Shown: positions 19,357-29,759 of the stretch, one piece after another
Numbering within the stretch: the stretch's first letter is position 1
How the letters are laid out: every line of letters starts with the position of its first letter
From: Gemmatimonadota bacterium
Lineage (GTDB): Bacteria; Gemmatimonadota; Gemmatimonadetes; Gemmatimonadales; GWC2-71-9
Direction: 5' to 3'
DNA length: 58,344 nucleotides
Assembly: GCA_034440415.1 (NCBI GenBank)
Contig: JAWXBX010000122.1
Coordinates: 1-58,344 of the forward strand
Made by a program: the position numbers and the translations under genes
The notes under the pieces: generated by a model
What the model saw: only the letters and a program-made list of their open reading frames with translations
What the model was told of the DNA's origin: nothing
Database searches by the model: none

Positions 19357-21252
19357 ATGTACCGCGAGTTCCCGACGCTCTCCATCCGGCCGGCCTCCGC
19401 ACTGCGCGCGGCCTCAACCGGGCCGTGGGCTTCGCCTGCCGTGCGACGACCAGTGACTCAAGGTGCCTCCACGGCCGACCGCCGGTATTTCCTCAGACTC
19501 GGGGCGTGGTGCGGACTCCTGACGGGAACGGGAGAACTGACCTATCTCGCCCTCCGCAAGTTCGGGCGCGGCATGCTCACATTCCGGGGCGGCGATACCC
19601 TGTGGATGACACCGCTGGCGACAGTGGGCGTCTTCCTCCTTGCCGGACTGTTGTGGTGGGTTGTCTCCTGGCGCCTGACAAGCGACACCCGGCTGCGCCG
19701 GGGTCTGGCGATGTATGCCGCGCTCGCCGTGCTGAGCGGGCTCTGGCTCCTGTCCAGCCTCCACCGGGGTGCGGCGATCCTCATCGCGCTCGGTATCGGC
19801 GTGCAGGGGATGCGCTGGCTGTGGCCGCATCGCGCCCTCCTCGACCGCTGGGTCAGCCGCACCCTCCCATTCTTCGCCACGGCAGCGCTTCTCCTCACCG
19901 TCGGCGTGCCAGCCGCACGGTGGTGGGCTGAGCGACGTGCGCTGGCCGGGCTCCCTTCGGCGAACGCCGGCGCGCCCAATATTCTTCTGCTGGTGCTCGA
20001 CACGGTGCGCTCGCTCAACCTCAGCGCGTATGGCTATCCCCGACCAACCACACCGGGCCTGGCGACGTTTGCCAGGCAAGGCACCCGGTTCGACCGGGCC
20101 TTCTCCACCGCCCCGTGGACGCTGCCATCACACGCCTCGCTGTTCACCGGCACCTGGCCGCATGAACAACAGGCCGGCTGGTACAGCGGCATGGGCGACA
20201 GCCTCCCGACACTCGCCGAGGCGCTCGCGCATGCCGGCTACCGCAGCGCGGGGATGGTGGCGAACATCTACTATGCCAGTGCGGAGACCGGTCTCTCGCG
20301 TGGCTTCAGCCGGTACGAGGATCATCAAGTGACGCTGGGGACGTTCTTCGCCAGCGCCTCGCTCTCCCGCACGGTGATGGACGCCGGCGTGGTGCGCAGC
20401 GCGCTGGGTCTCGAGGAGCTGATCGGGCGGAAGAATGCCGCGGAGGTCAATCGTGCGTTCCTGGAGTGGCAGGCGCGCGATAGCAGTCGGCCCTTTTTTG
20501 CCTTCCTGAATTACTACGACGCGCACACCCCCTACCTGCCGCCCGATCCGTGGCAGCACCGATTCGCGACTCCCGGTGTCGTGCCGGTGCCGAACCTCGA
20601 GCGTCATGGGCGCCACGACGGCGGCTGGAGTCCCACCCAGATCCAGGGCGCGATCGACGCCTACGATGGCGCGATTGGATATCTCGACGCCGAGATCACC
20701 GAACTTCTGGACTCGCTTGCCACCCGGGGCGTCCTCGACAACACGATTGTCGTCGTTACCTCCGATCATGGCGAAGAGTTCAACGAGCATGGACTCATTC
20801 ACCATGGCAACAGCCTCTACCGGCCGTCGATCTCCATTCCGCTTCTGGTCCGCTGGCCCGGGCCGGTGCCGGCGGACCGGCAGGTGACCACGCCGGTCAG
20901 TCTGCGCGACGTCGCCGCGACGATCCTCGATCTGGCAGGTGTGCGTGATGCGCCTCTGCCGGGCCGGTCGCTCCGGCGCTACTGGGAGGGCGACACACTC
21001 CCAGCCGACACCCTGCTCGCCGAACTTCGGTACGCACCCCAACAGCCCGAGTGGTATCCCGCCTCGAAGGGAGACATGGTCTCCGCCATTCGGGACGGGT
21101 ATCGCTACATTCGCACCGGTGACGGGACGGAGTCGCTGTACGATTTCGAGCATGATGCGAAGGAGCAGGCAAACCTGGCGACGGCGCCGGAACGCATGGC
21201 CCCGCTGGAGCGGTTTCGCACCCTCGTGCGCGGCCTGCTGGAGTCACCATGA
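19357..21252 (+). CDS. Membrane-anchored sulfatase-fold protein, paralogue 2
   Basis: NILLLVLDTVRSLNLSAYGY...APWTLPSHASLFTGTW...VTSDHGEEFNEHGLIHHGNSLY. The start is uncertain: ATG 19357 or in-frame GTG 19453. Confidence 0.85.
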   Translation: MYREFPTLSIRPASALRAASTGPWASPAVRRPVTQGASTADRRYFLRLGAWCGLLTGTGELTYLALRKFGRGMLTFRGGDTLWMTPLATVGVFLLAGLLWWVVSWRLTSDTRLRRGLAMYAALAVLSGLWLLSSLHRGAAILIALGIGVQGMRWLWPHRALLDRWVSRTLPFFATAALLLTVGVPAARWWAERRALAGLPSANAGAPNILLLVLDTVRSLNLSAYGYPRPTTPGLATFARQGTRFDRAFSTAPWTLPSHASLFTGTWPHEQQAGWYSGMGDSLPTLAEALAHAGYRSAGMVANIYYASAETGLSRGFSRYEDHQVTLGTFFASASLSRTVMDAGVVRSALGLEELIGRKNAAEVNRAFLEWQARDSSRPFFAFLNYYDAHTPYLPPDPWQHRFATPGVVPVPNLERHGRHDGGWSPTQIQGAIDAYDGAIGYLDAEITELLDSLATRGVLDNTIVVVTSDHGEEFNEHGLIHHGNSLYRPSISIPLLVRWPGPVPADRQVTTPVSLRDVAATILDLAGVRDAPLPGRSLRRYWEGDTLPADTLLAELRYAPQQPEWYPASKGDMVSAIRDGYRYIRTGDGTESLYDFEHDAKEQANLATAPERMAPLERFRTLVRGLLESP

Positions 21253-23069
21253 CGATGTCGCCCCGTGCCGAGCTGCGCCCATTCGCAGCCCGTGATGCCT
21301 TCGCGGTATCCGCCTGGTTCGGGCTGGTGACCGGGATCGGCGAGGTCCTGATGCTGGCGGGTATCAAGCTGTCGACCGGACGTTTTGTCTTTGTCAGCCA
21401 GGACACGTTGTGGATGGCGCCGCTCGCCTACTCGGCCATCGCGCTGCTGGTACCCGGCCTCCTGCTGGCGGCGGTCGTGCCGCGGCTGCCAGACCGACTG
21501 CAGTGGCGCATCGCCGTCGGACTGCCGGGCATGCTGGCCGGCCTGCTACTCCTGCTCATGCTGCCAGGATTTGATTCCCGAGGCGCCCTGCTGCTGGCGC
21601 TTGGGGTCGGCATCGCTCTGGGCCGATTCTCTGGCGATCGCTGGCGCCTGATAGTGCGGCGGACCTTGCCGGTATTCCTCGGGCTGGTGCTGCTGTCGGC
21701 TGCCGGCCTGGCACTGGGGCGCTGGGTGCGCGAGCGGCGGATGCTGGCGGCGCTGCCGGCGGCACCCGCCGCGCCGAACGTCCTGCTGCTGGTCCTCGAC
21801 ACGGTCCGCTCCTTCGACCTGAGCCTGTACGGCTACTCGCGCGAGACCACGCCGCGGATCACGGCGTGGGCCCGCGAGGGTGTGGTGTTCGAGCGGGCGA
21901 TCTCCGCCGCGCCGTGGACGCTGCCAGCCCATGCGGCGATGTTCACCGGGCACCATGCCCATGAGCTGGCGGCAGATTACTTCGCCCCGCTCGAGAACGG
22001 AAAGCCGACTCTCGCGACCCTGCTGGCGGCGCAGGGGTACCAGACGGCGGGCTTCGTCGCCAATCCGAACTACTGCGGCTGGGAGACCGGACTGCAGCGG
22101 GGGTTCTCCCACTACGAGGACTGGCCCATCTCGCTCGCGCAGATGGCATGGAGCACCTCCCTCGGTCGGCTGCTCAGTCGGGATCACGGGTTCCGGCGGA
22201 TGATTGGCACGACAGAGAAGCTGGCACGGAAGTCCGCCGCCGATGTCCACCACGATTTCTTCCAGTGGCTGGATGGTCGCGAGACGGGCCGACCCTTCTT
22301 CGCTTTTCTCAATTATTTTGACGCGCACCAGCCCTACTTGCCTCCCGCTCCGTACGACACGCTCTGGGGTCCGGTGCACTCCGACGGCTATCCGCATCGG
22401 GCCCAGCCCGCCACGGCCGACCATCCCGGCTACCGGGAGTCGGATCTGGTGCCCGCACGCAACGACTACAACCGGGCCATCGCCTACCTCGACGCGCAGA
22501 TCGGCGCCATGCTCGATGAACTCGGCCGCCGCGGGCTGCGGGAGAACACGATCATCATCCTGGTGGGTGATCACGGGGAGGAGTTCGCGGAGCACGGCGT
22601 GGTGGAGCATGGGGGCAGTCTGTATCGCCAGGCGCTGCAGGTCCCGCTGGTGATCAGCGGACCCGGCGGTATACCCGCAGGCGTGCGGGTGGCTCAGCCG
22701 GTCTCCACCCGTGCACTGCCCGCGACGGTGCTTGAGCTCCTCGGGCTCCACGGGACGATCGTGCCGGGACGTTCGCTGTCCCGGGCGTGGCGGGGTGACA
22801 TGACGGCGGAGGACACGATCGTCACCGAACTCCGCTTTGCCGCCAATCTCGCCGAATGGATTCCAGTGAGCCGCGGCACCATGCGGAGCGTGGTGATCCA
22901 TGGATTCCACTACATCCGGCTGGGCGATGGTTCGGAGGAACTGTACGATTTTCAGCGCGACTCGTCCGAACGAGTGAACCTGGCGGGCGACAGCAGCTAC
23001 GCCGGCGCGCTGGCGGACGGCCGCCAGACCCTCGACGCGGTGCTGCGCGCCACGCCCCCTGCCCGATGA
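21249..23069 (+). CDS. Membrane-anchored sulfatase-fold protein, paralogue 3
   Basis: NVLLLVLDTVRSFDLSLYGY...APWTLPAHAAMFTGHH...VGDHGEEFAEHGVVEHGGSLY. ATGA overlap with paralogue 2. Confidence 0.85.
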   Translation: MTMSPRAELRPFAARDAFAVSAWFGLVTGIGEVLMLAGIKLSTGRFVFVSQDTLWMAPLAYSAIALLVPGLLLAAVVPRLPDRLQWRIAVGLPGMLAGLLLLLMLPGFDSRGALLLALGVGIALGRFSGDRWRLIVRRTLPVFLGLVLLSAAGLALGRWVRERRMLAALPAAPAAPNVLLLVLDTVRSFDLSLYGYSRETTPRITAWAREGVVFERAISAAPWTLPAHAAMFTGHHAHELAADYFAPLENGKPTLATLLAAQGYQTAGFVANPNYCGWETGLQRGFSHYEDWPISLAQMAWSTSLGRLLSRDHGFRRMIGTTEKLARKSAADVHHDFFQWLDGRETGRPFFAFLNYFDAHQPYLPPAPYDTLWGPVHSDGYPHRAQPATADHPGYRESDLVPARNDYNRAIAYLDAQIGAMLDELGRRGLRENTIIILVGDHGEEFAEHGVVEHGGSLYRQALQVPLVISGPGGIPAGVRVAQPVSTRALPATVLELLGLHGTIVPGRSLSRAWRGDMTAEDTIVTELRFAANLAEWIPVSRGTMRSVVIHGFHYIRLGDGSEELYDFQRDSSERVNLAGDSSYAGALADGRQTLDAVLRATPPAR

Positions 23070-24793
23070 CGGCTACGACCGCGCCCCGACAGCTGTCCGC
23101 ACCTCAGACCGCGGCCCTCGCGCTCCTCATCCTCGGGGCGATCCTGCGGACCGCGCACTTTCTCCACGGCCGCGGCCTCTGGTCCGACGAGGTACGGCTC
23201 GCCGTCAACATCTTGGCGCGTTCGTTTGCCGGACTGCTCCGCCCGCTCGACTACGATCAGGTTGCCCCGATCCCCTTCCTGTGGCTGACGCGCGCCACGG
23301 CCCTGATTGGCGGGCCCAACCCCTACGCCCTCCGCCTCTGGCCCTATCTCGCTGGACTACTCCTGCTGGTGGTCATGCGTCGGCTGGCCTTCCGGCTGCT
23401 GCCCGCGGGCCCCGCCCTGCTCGCCACCGCGCTGGTCGCATTCTCACCGATCGGGATCTACTACTCCGCGGAGCTCAAACCCTACAGTGTCGACGCATTC
23501 CTGGCGGCCGGGCTCATCGCGCTTGCGCTGCGTCTGCTGGAGGAACCCGCTGACTGGCGACGGTGGCGCGCACTGCTGGTCGCGGGTGCAGCGAGCGTGA
23601 TCTGCTCGGTGAGCGCGATCCTGGTCCTTGCCGCGATCGGCCTGGGCCTGATGGCATCGCCGGAGATCCGCGCGACCCGGGCCGGCTGGGTGCGCCTGCT
23701 TTCCACTGGAGCGGTCTGGCTGCTGGCGTTCCTGCCGGCCTATGTCTTTGTGTATCACCCCGGCTCGAGCAGCGCCATGATGGAGTCCGGCTGGGCGCGC
23801 CATTACCTCACACCCGGCACACCGGATCTGGCCTTTCGCGCTGATTTCCTCGCCCGGACAATTTTCGGCCGGTTCTTCAGCGTGACGCCGATCGGGGCAT
23901 ACCGCCTCGCTCCGCTCACGAGCCAGCTCTGGTGCGTGCTGGTCGTGGCGGGCATTGTCTTCCTGGCCCGACGCAAGGGGCCGGCGGCCGCACTCTGCGT
24001 GGCGGGCCCGATCATCCTGGTGCTGCTCGGTTCTGCGGCGCAGATCTACCCGCTGTGGCCCCGACTCGTGCTCTTTACTCTCCCGTCCCTCGCGCTGCTC
24101 AGCGCCGAAGGGACGTGGGGCGGCCTCGGCCTCGCCATTCGCGGCCCCTGGGTCCAGCGGCTTGGTCTGGTCGCAGGGCTGCTCATGGTGGCTCCGGCGG
24201 TTCGCACCGGCATCACCGTCCTCCTGCATCCGATCGAGCGCGATGAGACCGGGCGCCTGCTCGCAGTATTCCTCGGCCAGAGCGAACCCACCGATCCGGT
24301 CTACGTCGCCGCCGGCGGCATTCCCTCCTGGGTATTTCACACGACCAACTGGTCGGCGCCCGACTCTGCGCGCCTCGCCTGGATGGCCTCCCTGGCCACG
24401 AGCGGAGGGTCCGGCTTCCTCAACCGACCCAGCCGGGGCTACGCCATCCGACACGAAGGGTGGGAGGAGCGGCGCCCGCTCGGACAACGCATTGAGTTGA
24501 TGGGCATCGCCTCGGGCGCGACGACCAGTTATATGCCTCCCTTCGCCAGGCCGGTCGCGGACACCGGCTGGGTGGAGAATGAGGCCGACCGGATCGTGTC
24601 CGAAGCCCGGCCGCGAGTGTGGATCTTCAACACCGACCTGGACCCCCGCCAACTCAGCGACCTGCGCGCAGCACTCGCAACGCGCGGTGGCCGCGAAGCG
24701 TCCCGGATCGAGGAGCCCGGCGCGTCGTTGTCACTTTTCGTCGTGGCACCCCCCGTGGAGCACCACCTGCTACCGGCCCCGGCGACCCCGTGA
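23066..24793 (+). CDS. GT-C fold membrane glycosyltransferase (ArnT/PMT_2-like)
   Basis: First-loop motif GRGLWSDEVRLAVN, about 11 TM helices, soluble C-terminal domain. ATGA overlap at 23066-69. The track ORF start 22856 is rejected. Confidence 0.75.
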   Translation: MTATTAPRQLSAPQTAALALLILGAILRTAHFLHGRGLWSDEVRLAVNILARSFAGLLRPLDYDQVAPIPFLWLTRATALIGGPNPYALRLWPYLAGLLLLVVMRRLAFRLLPAGPALLATALVAFSPIGIYYSAELKPYSVDAFLAAGLIALALRLLEEPADWRRWRALLVAGAASVICSVSAILVLAAIGLGLMASPEIRATRAGWVRLLSTGAVWLLAFLPAYVFVYHPGSSSAMMESGWARHYLTPGTPDLAFRADFLARTIFGRFFSVTPIGAYRLAPLTSQLWCVLVVAGIVFLARRKGPAAALCVAGPIILVLLGSAAQIYPLWPRLVLFTLPSLALLSAEGTWGGLGLAIRGPWVQRLGLVAGLLMVAPAVRTGITVLLHPIERDETGRLLAVFLGQSEPTDPVYVAAGGIPSWVFHTTNWSAPDSARLAWMASLATSGGSGFLNRPSRGYAIRHEGWEERRPLGQRIELMGIASGATTSYMPPFARPVADTGWVENEADRIVSEARPRVWIFNTDLDPRQLSDLRAALATRGGREASRIEEPGASLSLFVVAPPVEHHLLPAPATP

Positions 24794-26580
24794 CCACACC
24801 GCATCCACTCCGACTCGCGCTCTGGATCGGCCTCCTCACCGGAATCGCCGAGATCACCCTGCAGGCGATCGAGCGCTTCCTGCTGCATCGGCTGATCTTT
24901 CTGGGCAATGACTTTGGCTGGATGGCTCCGCTGGCGGATGTCGCGGTCTTCCTGCTGGCAGGGAGTATTCTGTGGGCCGGCCAGCGCCTCTGGCCCGGCC
25001 GAGTGACGGCGACGGTCATGCTCGGCCTGCTCACCACCATGGGCGCGTGGGCCGTCCTGCTCATGTATCCGCCGTTGCATCGCGGCGCGGCGCTCCTGCT
25101 GGCGGCCGGTGTCGGCTACCAGTGCGCCCGCCTGCTTCCCCTCGCCACTCCTGGCTTCGGCCGCCTGCTCCGTTATTCCACCGCCACGATGCTGGGTGTC
25201 GTTGTGCTGTGCGCGCTGGTGCCGCGCCTCATGAGCAGCCGCAGAGCGCATACCACGCTGGCGGCAATGCCACCTGCCCGCGCGGGCGCGCCGAATGTGC
25301 TGCTGATCATCCTCGACACCGTCCGCGCGATGAGCCTGAGCCTGTACGGCTACCCGCGCGCCACGACCCCCCAGCTCGAGCGCTGGGCCAGCCGCGGCGT
25401 CGTCTTCGACATGGCGCTCTCCCCCGCTCCATGGACACTCCCCGCGCACGCCAGCATGTTCACCGGCCGCTGGCCCCATGAACTGGGCGTCGACTGGCGC
25501 CGCGCACTCGATCGAACCTACCCAACCCTGGCCGAGCAGCTGACGGCAGCGGGATACGTCACCGCCGGGTTTGTTGCCAATACCACCTACTGCAGCGAGG
25601 AGACGGGGCTCAACCGCGGGTTCCAGCACTGGGAGGCCTATCCGGTCTCCTTCCAGATGGTAGTGAAGAGCGCGTCCCTCGGACGCGCACTCACCGGCGC
25701 GGAGTGGTTCCGCGAGCTCTTTGGCTGGTATCAGCCGCTGGCGCGGCGGCACGGCGACGAGATCAGCGCGAGCCTGCTGCGCTGGGTGGGCAGTGGAAAG
25801 GCGGCGCCCTGGTTCGCCACCCTCAACTATCTCGACGCCCACGCTCCCTACCTCCCGCCCGCGCCATTCCGCGATCGGTTCGGCCCAATCGAACCGCGCG
25901 GGAATCCGACGCTTGTGCCCGGGTATGCGTGGCTGCCGGAAGAGATCCGCCGAGAGCAGAATGCCTATGACGCCTCGATCGCCGCACTGGACGACGAGCT
26001 CGGCCATCTCTTCGACAGCCTCGAGGCGCGCGGTGAGCTGCGGAACACCCTGGTGATCGTGACCGCAGATCATGGTGAAGAGTTTTACGAACACCAGTTG
26101 ATGGACCACGGCAATTCGCTCTACCTGCCCGCGATCCACGTTCCGCTGCTGATGTGGCTTCCAGGTACCGTCCCCGCCGGGCGCCGCGTCACGGCGCCAG
26201 TCACCACGCGGGATCTCCCCGCCACGATCCTGGCGATTGCGGTACCGCAGGAACCGGCGGCACTGCCGGGGCGATCCCTCGTGCCGCTCTGGTCCGATGC
26301 CGGGACGGCGGTTGCGCCTGACACACTGCTCGCGGAGGTCAACTATACCTCCGGCCTGCCGGATCGTTACCCCGTGAGCAAGGGACCGATGCGCTCCGTC
26401 CTGCTCGATGGGCTGCGCCTGATCGAGAATGGCGACCGCACCACGGAGCTCTACGACTTCATCACCGACAAGGCGGAGCGGAACAACCTGGCCGAAATCG
26501 ACACAGCAACCGTCGCCCGGCTCGCCAGGATCCTCGAGCAATTGACCGCACCGACGGCGGCGGGACCCGCTCCGCGATGA
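24790..26580 (+). CDS. Membrane-anchored sulfatase-fold protein, paralogue 4
   Basis: NVLLIILDTVRAMSLSLYGY...APWTLPAHASMFTGRW...VTADHGEEFYEHQLMDHGNSLY. GTG 24790 (GTGA overlap) is chosen. The N-terminus aligns with paralogues 1-3 (LRLALWIGLLTGIAE). Confidence 0.85.
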   Translation: MTTPHPLRLALWIGLLTGIAEITLQAIERFLLHRLIFLGNDFGWMAPLADVAVFLLAGSILWAGQRLWPGRVTATVMLGLLTTMGAWAVLLMYPPLHRGAALLLAAGVGYQCARLLPLATPGFGRLLRYSTATMLGVVVLCALVPRLMSSRRAHTTLAAMPPARAGAPNVLLIILDTVRAMSLSLYGYPRATTPQLERWASRGVVFDMALSPAPWTLPAHASMFTGRWPHELGVDWRRALDRTYPTLAEQLTAAGYVTAGFVANTTYCSEETGLNRGFQHWEAYPVSFQMVVKSASLGRALTGAEWFRELFGWYQPLARRHGDEISASLLRWVGSGKAAPWFATLNYLDAHAPYLPPAPFRDRFGPIEPRGNPTLVPGYAWLPEEIRREQNAYDASIAALDDELGHLFDSLEARGELRNTLVIVTADHGEEFYEHQLMDHGNSLYLPAIHVPLLMWLPGTVPAGRRVTAPVTTRDLPATILAIAVPQEPAALPGRSLVPLWSDAGTAVAPDTLLAEVNYTSGLPDRYPVSKGPMRSVLLDGLRLIENGDRTTELYDFITDKAERNNLAEIDTATVARLARILEQLTAPTAAGPAPR

Positions 26581-28760
26581 ACCTCCCGCGCCTGCGCGCC
26601 GGAGTCGCTGCCCTGCTCGCGATGGCCCTCCTGGCGAGTCTGTGGCACCCATCGCTGCGGGATGCGAGCGGCTTTCCGATTGCCCTCGCGGTGGTTCCAC
26701 TTACCACCGCCTTCGCACTGCTGCTGTTCGGCGCCGCCACCCTGGCAGGCGCCACCGAGGCGGCCGCATGGGCAGTGCTTTCGATTGCCGGTTTCGGGGC
26801 CTTCCTGCAACTCATCGATGCCGGGACGACCGTTCACTATCAGCATCTCCGCTCCCCCGCCCTCTTCCTTCGAAGCGCGCCTGCCTGGGTGCTGGTGCTC
26901 ATCGGCAGCCAATTCATCGCCGTCCTTGCCGGGCTGGTCCGTCGTCGGCAATTGATTGTGGATCGTCTTGGTGCCCGCGTCAGGCCGTGGCAGGTCGCAC
27001 TGCTTCTCACCCTGCTCTTTGGACTGAGTGCGACGGTTTCGCGAGACGTCGCCGCCTGGGTGGTCGAACTTTTCACCGCCACGGTGTTTCAGCTGGTGGC
27101 CCTCGGCAACCTCCTGCTCGCAGGCGTGACTCTGCCCGATCGTGTGGCGGCCCGTGTCGGGGCCTGGACGGACCGGCTGTTCGGGGCGCCGGGTGGTCCC
27201 TCCGCTCCGGACGAGGGCGGACTGGATCGCTTCGCGTTCGTCGCCGCCGCGATCGTGTTTGCGGTCAGCGCCGGACTTGCGGTGATCGTCTATCAGCGCC
27301 ATCCTCACCTGCTCGACTAGGTCGTCTACCTCATTCAGGCCCGGACCTTCGCGTCGGGTCGACTCACGCTGCCTCCGCCGCCGGTTCTGGAGGCATTCAA
27401 TCTTTCCCTGCTCGATGTCGCGAGGCCCGGGTGGTACGCGGTTACCCAGCCTGGCTGGAGCCTGATACTCGCCGCTGGTGTCCCGTTCGGGCTGGTGTGG
27501 CTGGTGAACCCGATTCTCGCCGGGCTCTCGGTCCTCGCGCTGTACCTGCTCCTCCGGCAACTGTACGACATTCGTACGACGCGCCTCGCCACCCTGCTGT
27601 ACTGCTGTTCGCCGTGGCAGCTCTTCCTCGGCATGAGCTTTATGAATCACACCGGGACGCTGCTGTTCGCGCTGCTCGCCGCGCTTGGTGTGATCTGGGC
27701 CCGAAGGACCAGTCAGATTCGCTGGGCGTGGCTGGGAGGCGCGGCGCTCGGGACGGTGTCGCTCCTCAGGCAGCTGGATGCGATGGCCCTCGCCGTTCCG
27801 CTCGGACTCTGGTCGATCGGGCTTGGAGGAAAGCGAATTCCCCGGCTCGGCACCGCGGGGCTGGTGCTTGGATCGATGCTGGTGGGCGCGGCGGTGCTGC
27901 CCTACAACCAGCAGATCACCGGCAGTGCGCGGCGCGTCCCGATGATGGAGTTCACTGACAGCCTCTACGGCAAGAACGCAAACGCGTACGGCTTCGGGGC
28001 GGACCGAGGGATGGGCTGGCCCAGTGATCCCTTTCCCGGTCATGGGCACCGTGACGCCATCGTCAACGCCGACCTGAACGCGACCGCGATCAACGTCGAG
28101 CTGTTCGGCTGGGGAATCGGCTCGCTGATTCCCGTGCTGCTCTTCTTCACCTTTGCCCGACGGGTGCGCGCGGACCGACTGCTGCTCGTCGCCGGCACCG
28201 GCGTCTTCGTGGCGTACTACTTCAACTACTTCTCGGGCGGTCCGGATTTCGGCGGGCGTTACTGGTATCTGATGATCGTCCCGCTGGTGGCACTCGCGGC
28301 ACGCGGGATCGATGCCGTAGCGGCCGTTGAACCGGAAACTTCGCTGGAGCGGCGCGGCCGGGTGTTCTGGATCGTCGGACTCCTGCTGTTGACCGCCATG
28401 ACCGGATTCATGCCATGGCGTTCCCTCGACAGGTACCATCACTACCGGGGCATGCAGCCCGGTCTCTCCCAGCTTGCCCTCGATCGAGGATTCGGCAGAA
28501 GTTTGGTCCTGATCCGCGGCCGTGAATTGCCCGACTTCGCCTCAGCCGCCGCGGAGAACCCGCTTGACCTGAATGCTTCCGTGCCGGTCTATGCCTGGGA
28601 CCTGGGCGCCGCGGTACGGCAGCGGCTTGCCGTCGCCTACCCCGATCGCCCCGTCTGGATTGTCGATGGCCCGTCCCGCACCGGGACCGGCTATCAGCTC
28701 GTGGCCGGGCCGCTGACGAGCCACCAGCTGGCGGCATTGCCCGACAGCGCCACCCCATGA
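26577..28760 (+). pseudogene. GT-C (ArnT/PMT_2-like) membrane glycosyltransferase interrupted by a single in-frame TAG at 27318-27320
   Basis: Track ORFs 26577-27320 and 27495-28760 share one frame. Translation across the gap reads ...VIVYQRHPHLLD*VVYLIQARTFASGRLTLPPPP...GWSLILAAGVPFGLVWLVNPILAG... with no other stop. The downstream GTG start falls inside a TM helix. Confidence 0.7.
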
Positions 28761-29728
28761 GCCTGTACCGCGCCGCCTATCAGGGACGCCGGGCGATGGT
28801 GCTCGGCGCGTCCGGCTTCATCGGGCGATGGATCGCGCGAGGGCTCAGTCAGGCTGGCGCCGAGGTGGTGGCCGCGGTACGGGACCCGGGGGGGGCCGCC
28901 CGGATTTTGGAACGGTGGGGAGCCCGAAGCCTGATCGCTCCGGTCGACCTTGCCTCACCTGGAACCGTCCGCAGCCTGATCGCGGCACATCGTCCCGAAA
29001 TCATCTTCAATGCGGCCGGCTACGGCGTTGACCGAAGCGAGCGCGACGACATACTGATGGACCGGCTGAACCACTCGCTGGTCGAGGAAATCGCAATGGC
29101 GGTTCGCGACTTGCCAGCGGCTCCATGGGCTGGAGCCAGGGTCGTCCATTGCGGCTCAGCCCTGGAGTACGGGAGGCTCGATGGGGACCTGGCCGAGGAT
29201 GGTCCCCCGCCGAGTCCGACGGACCCCTATGGGCGGTCGAAACTCGCCGGAAGCGAAGCGCTTCGCCGGATTGCCTGGGAGGCTGGCATACCCAGCGTGA
29301 CCGCTCGGCTATTTACGGTTTACGGACCGGGGGAGCATTCGACCCGCCTGCTGCCCGCTATCATGAGCGCAGCGGAGACGGGGGCTCCCGTGGCCTTGAC
29401 CACCGGCATGCAGCTGAGGGACTTCACCTTTGTGGAAGATGTTGCGGAAGGCCTACTAAGGCTCGGGGTCGCTGTCCAATGTCCTGGCGAGACGGTCAAC
29501 CTTGCGACGGGGAAGTTGTTGTCAGTGCGTGATTTCACGAAGCAGGCGGCACATGTCTTGCTAATTCCTGAGGCGAGGCTTCAATTTGGGCTCGTCGGCA
29601 CACATATCGCGGAAATGCAGCACAAACCGGTCACCGTTGCAAGATTGCAACAGCTGACCGGCTGGTCCCCTGTCGTCCCGGTTGAACAGGGAGTTCGACG
29701 AACCGTCGCTTTCCAAGGGGGGCCCTGA
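28757..29728 (+). CDS. NAD(P)-dependent sugar epimerase/reductase (extended SDR)
   Basis: MVLGASGFIGRWIARGL (Rossmann), catalytic PYGRSKLAG (YxxxK). ATGA overlap. Confidence 0.85.
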   Translation: MSLYRAAYQGRRAMVLGASGFIGRWIARGLSQAGAEVVAAVRDPGGAARILERWGARSLIAPVDLASPGTVRSLIAAHRPEIIFNAAGYGVDRSERDDILMDRLNHSLVEEIAMAVRDLPAAPWAGARVVHCGSALEYGRLDGDLAEDGPPPSPTDPYGRSKLAGSEALRRIAWEAGIPSVTARLFTVYGPGEHSTRLLPAIMSAAETGAPVALTTGMQLRDFTFVEDVAEGLLRLGVAVQCPGETVNLATGKLLSVRDFTKQAAHVLLIPEARLQFGLVGTHIAEMQHKPVTVARLQQLTGWSPVVPVEQGVRRTVAFQGGP

Positions 29729-29759
29729 ACCGCAGGGTGCCGCCCAGGGGGTAGGGAGT

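Noticed and set aside
17375-26580. Annotating the four PF00884-like proteins simply as sulfatases.
   Set aside because: All four lack the Cys/Ser and Arg of the C/S-x-P-x-R formylglycine motif. The name would assert a chemistry the sequence does not support.
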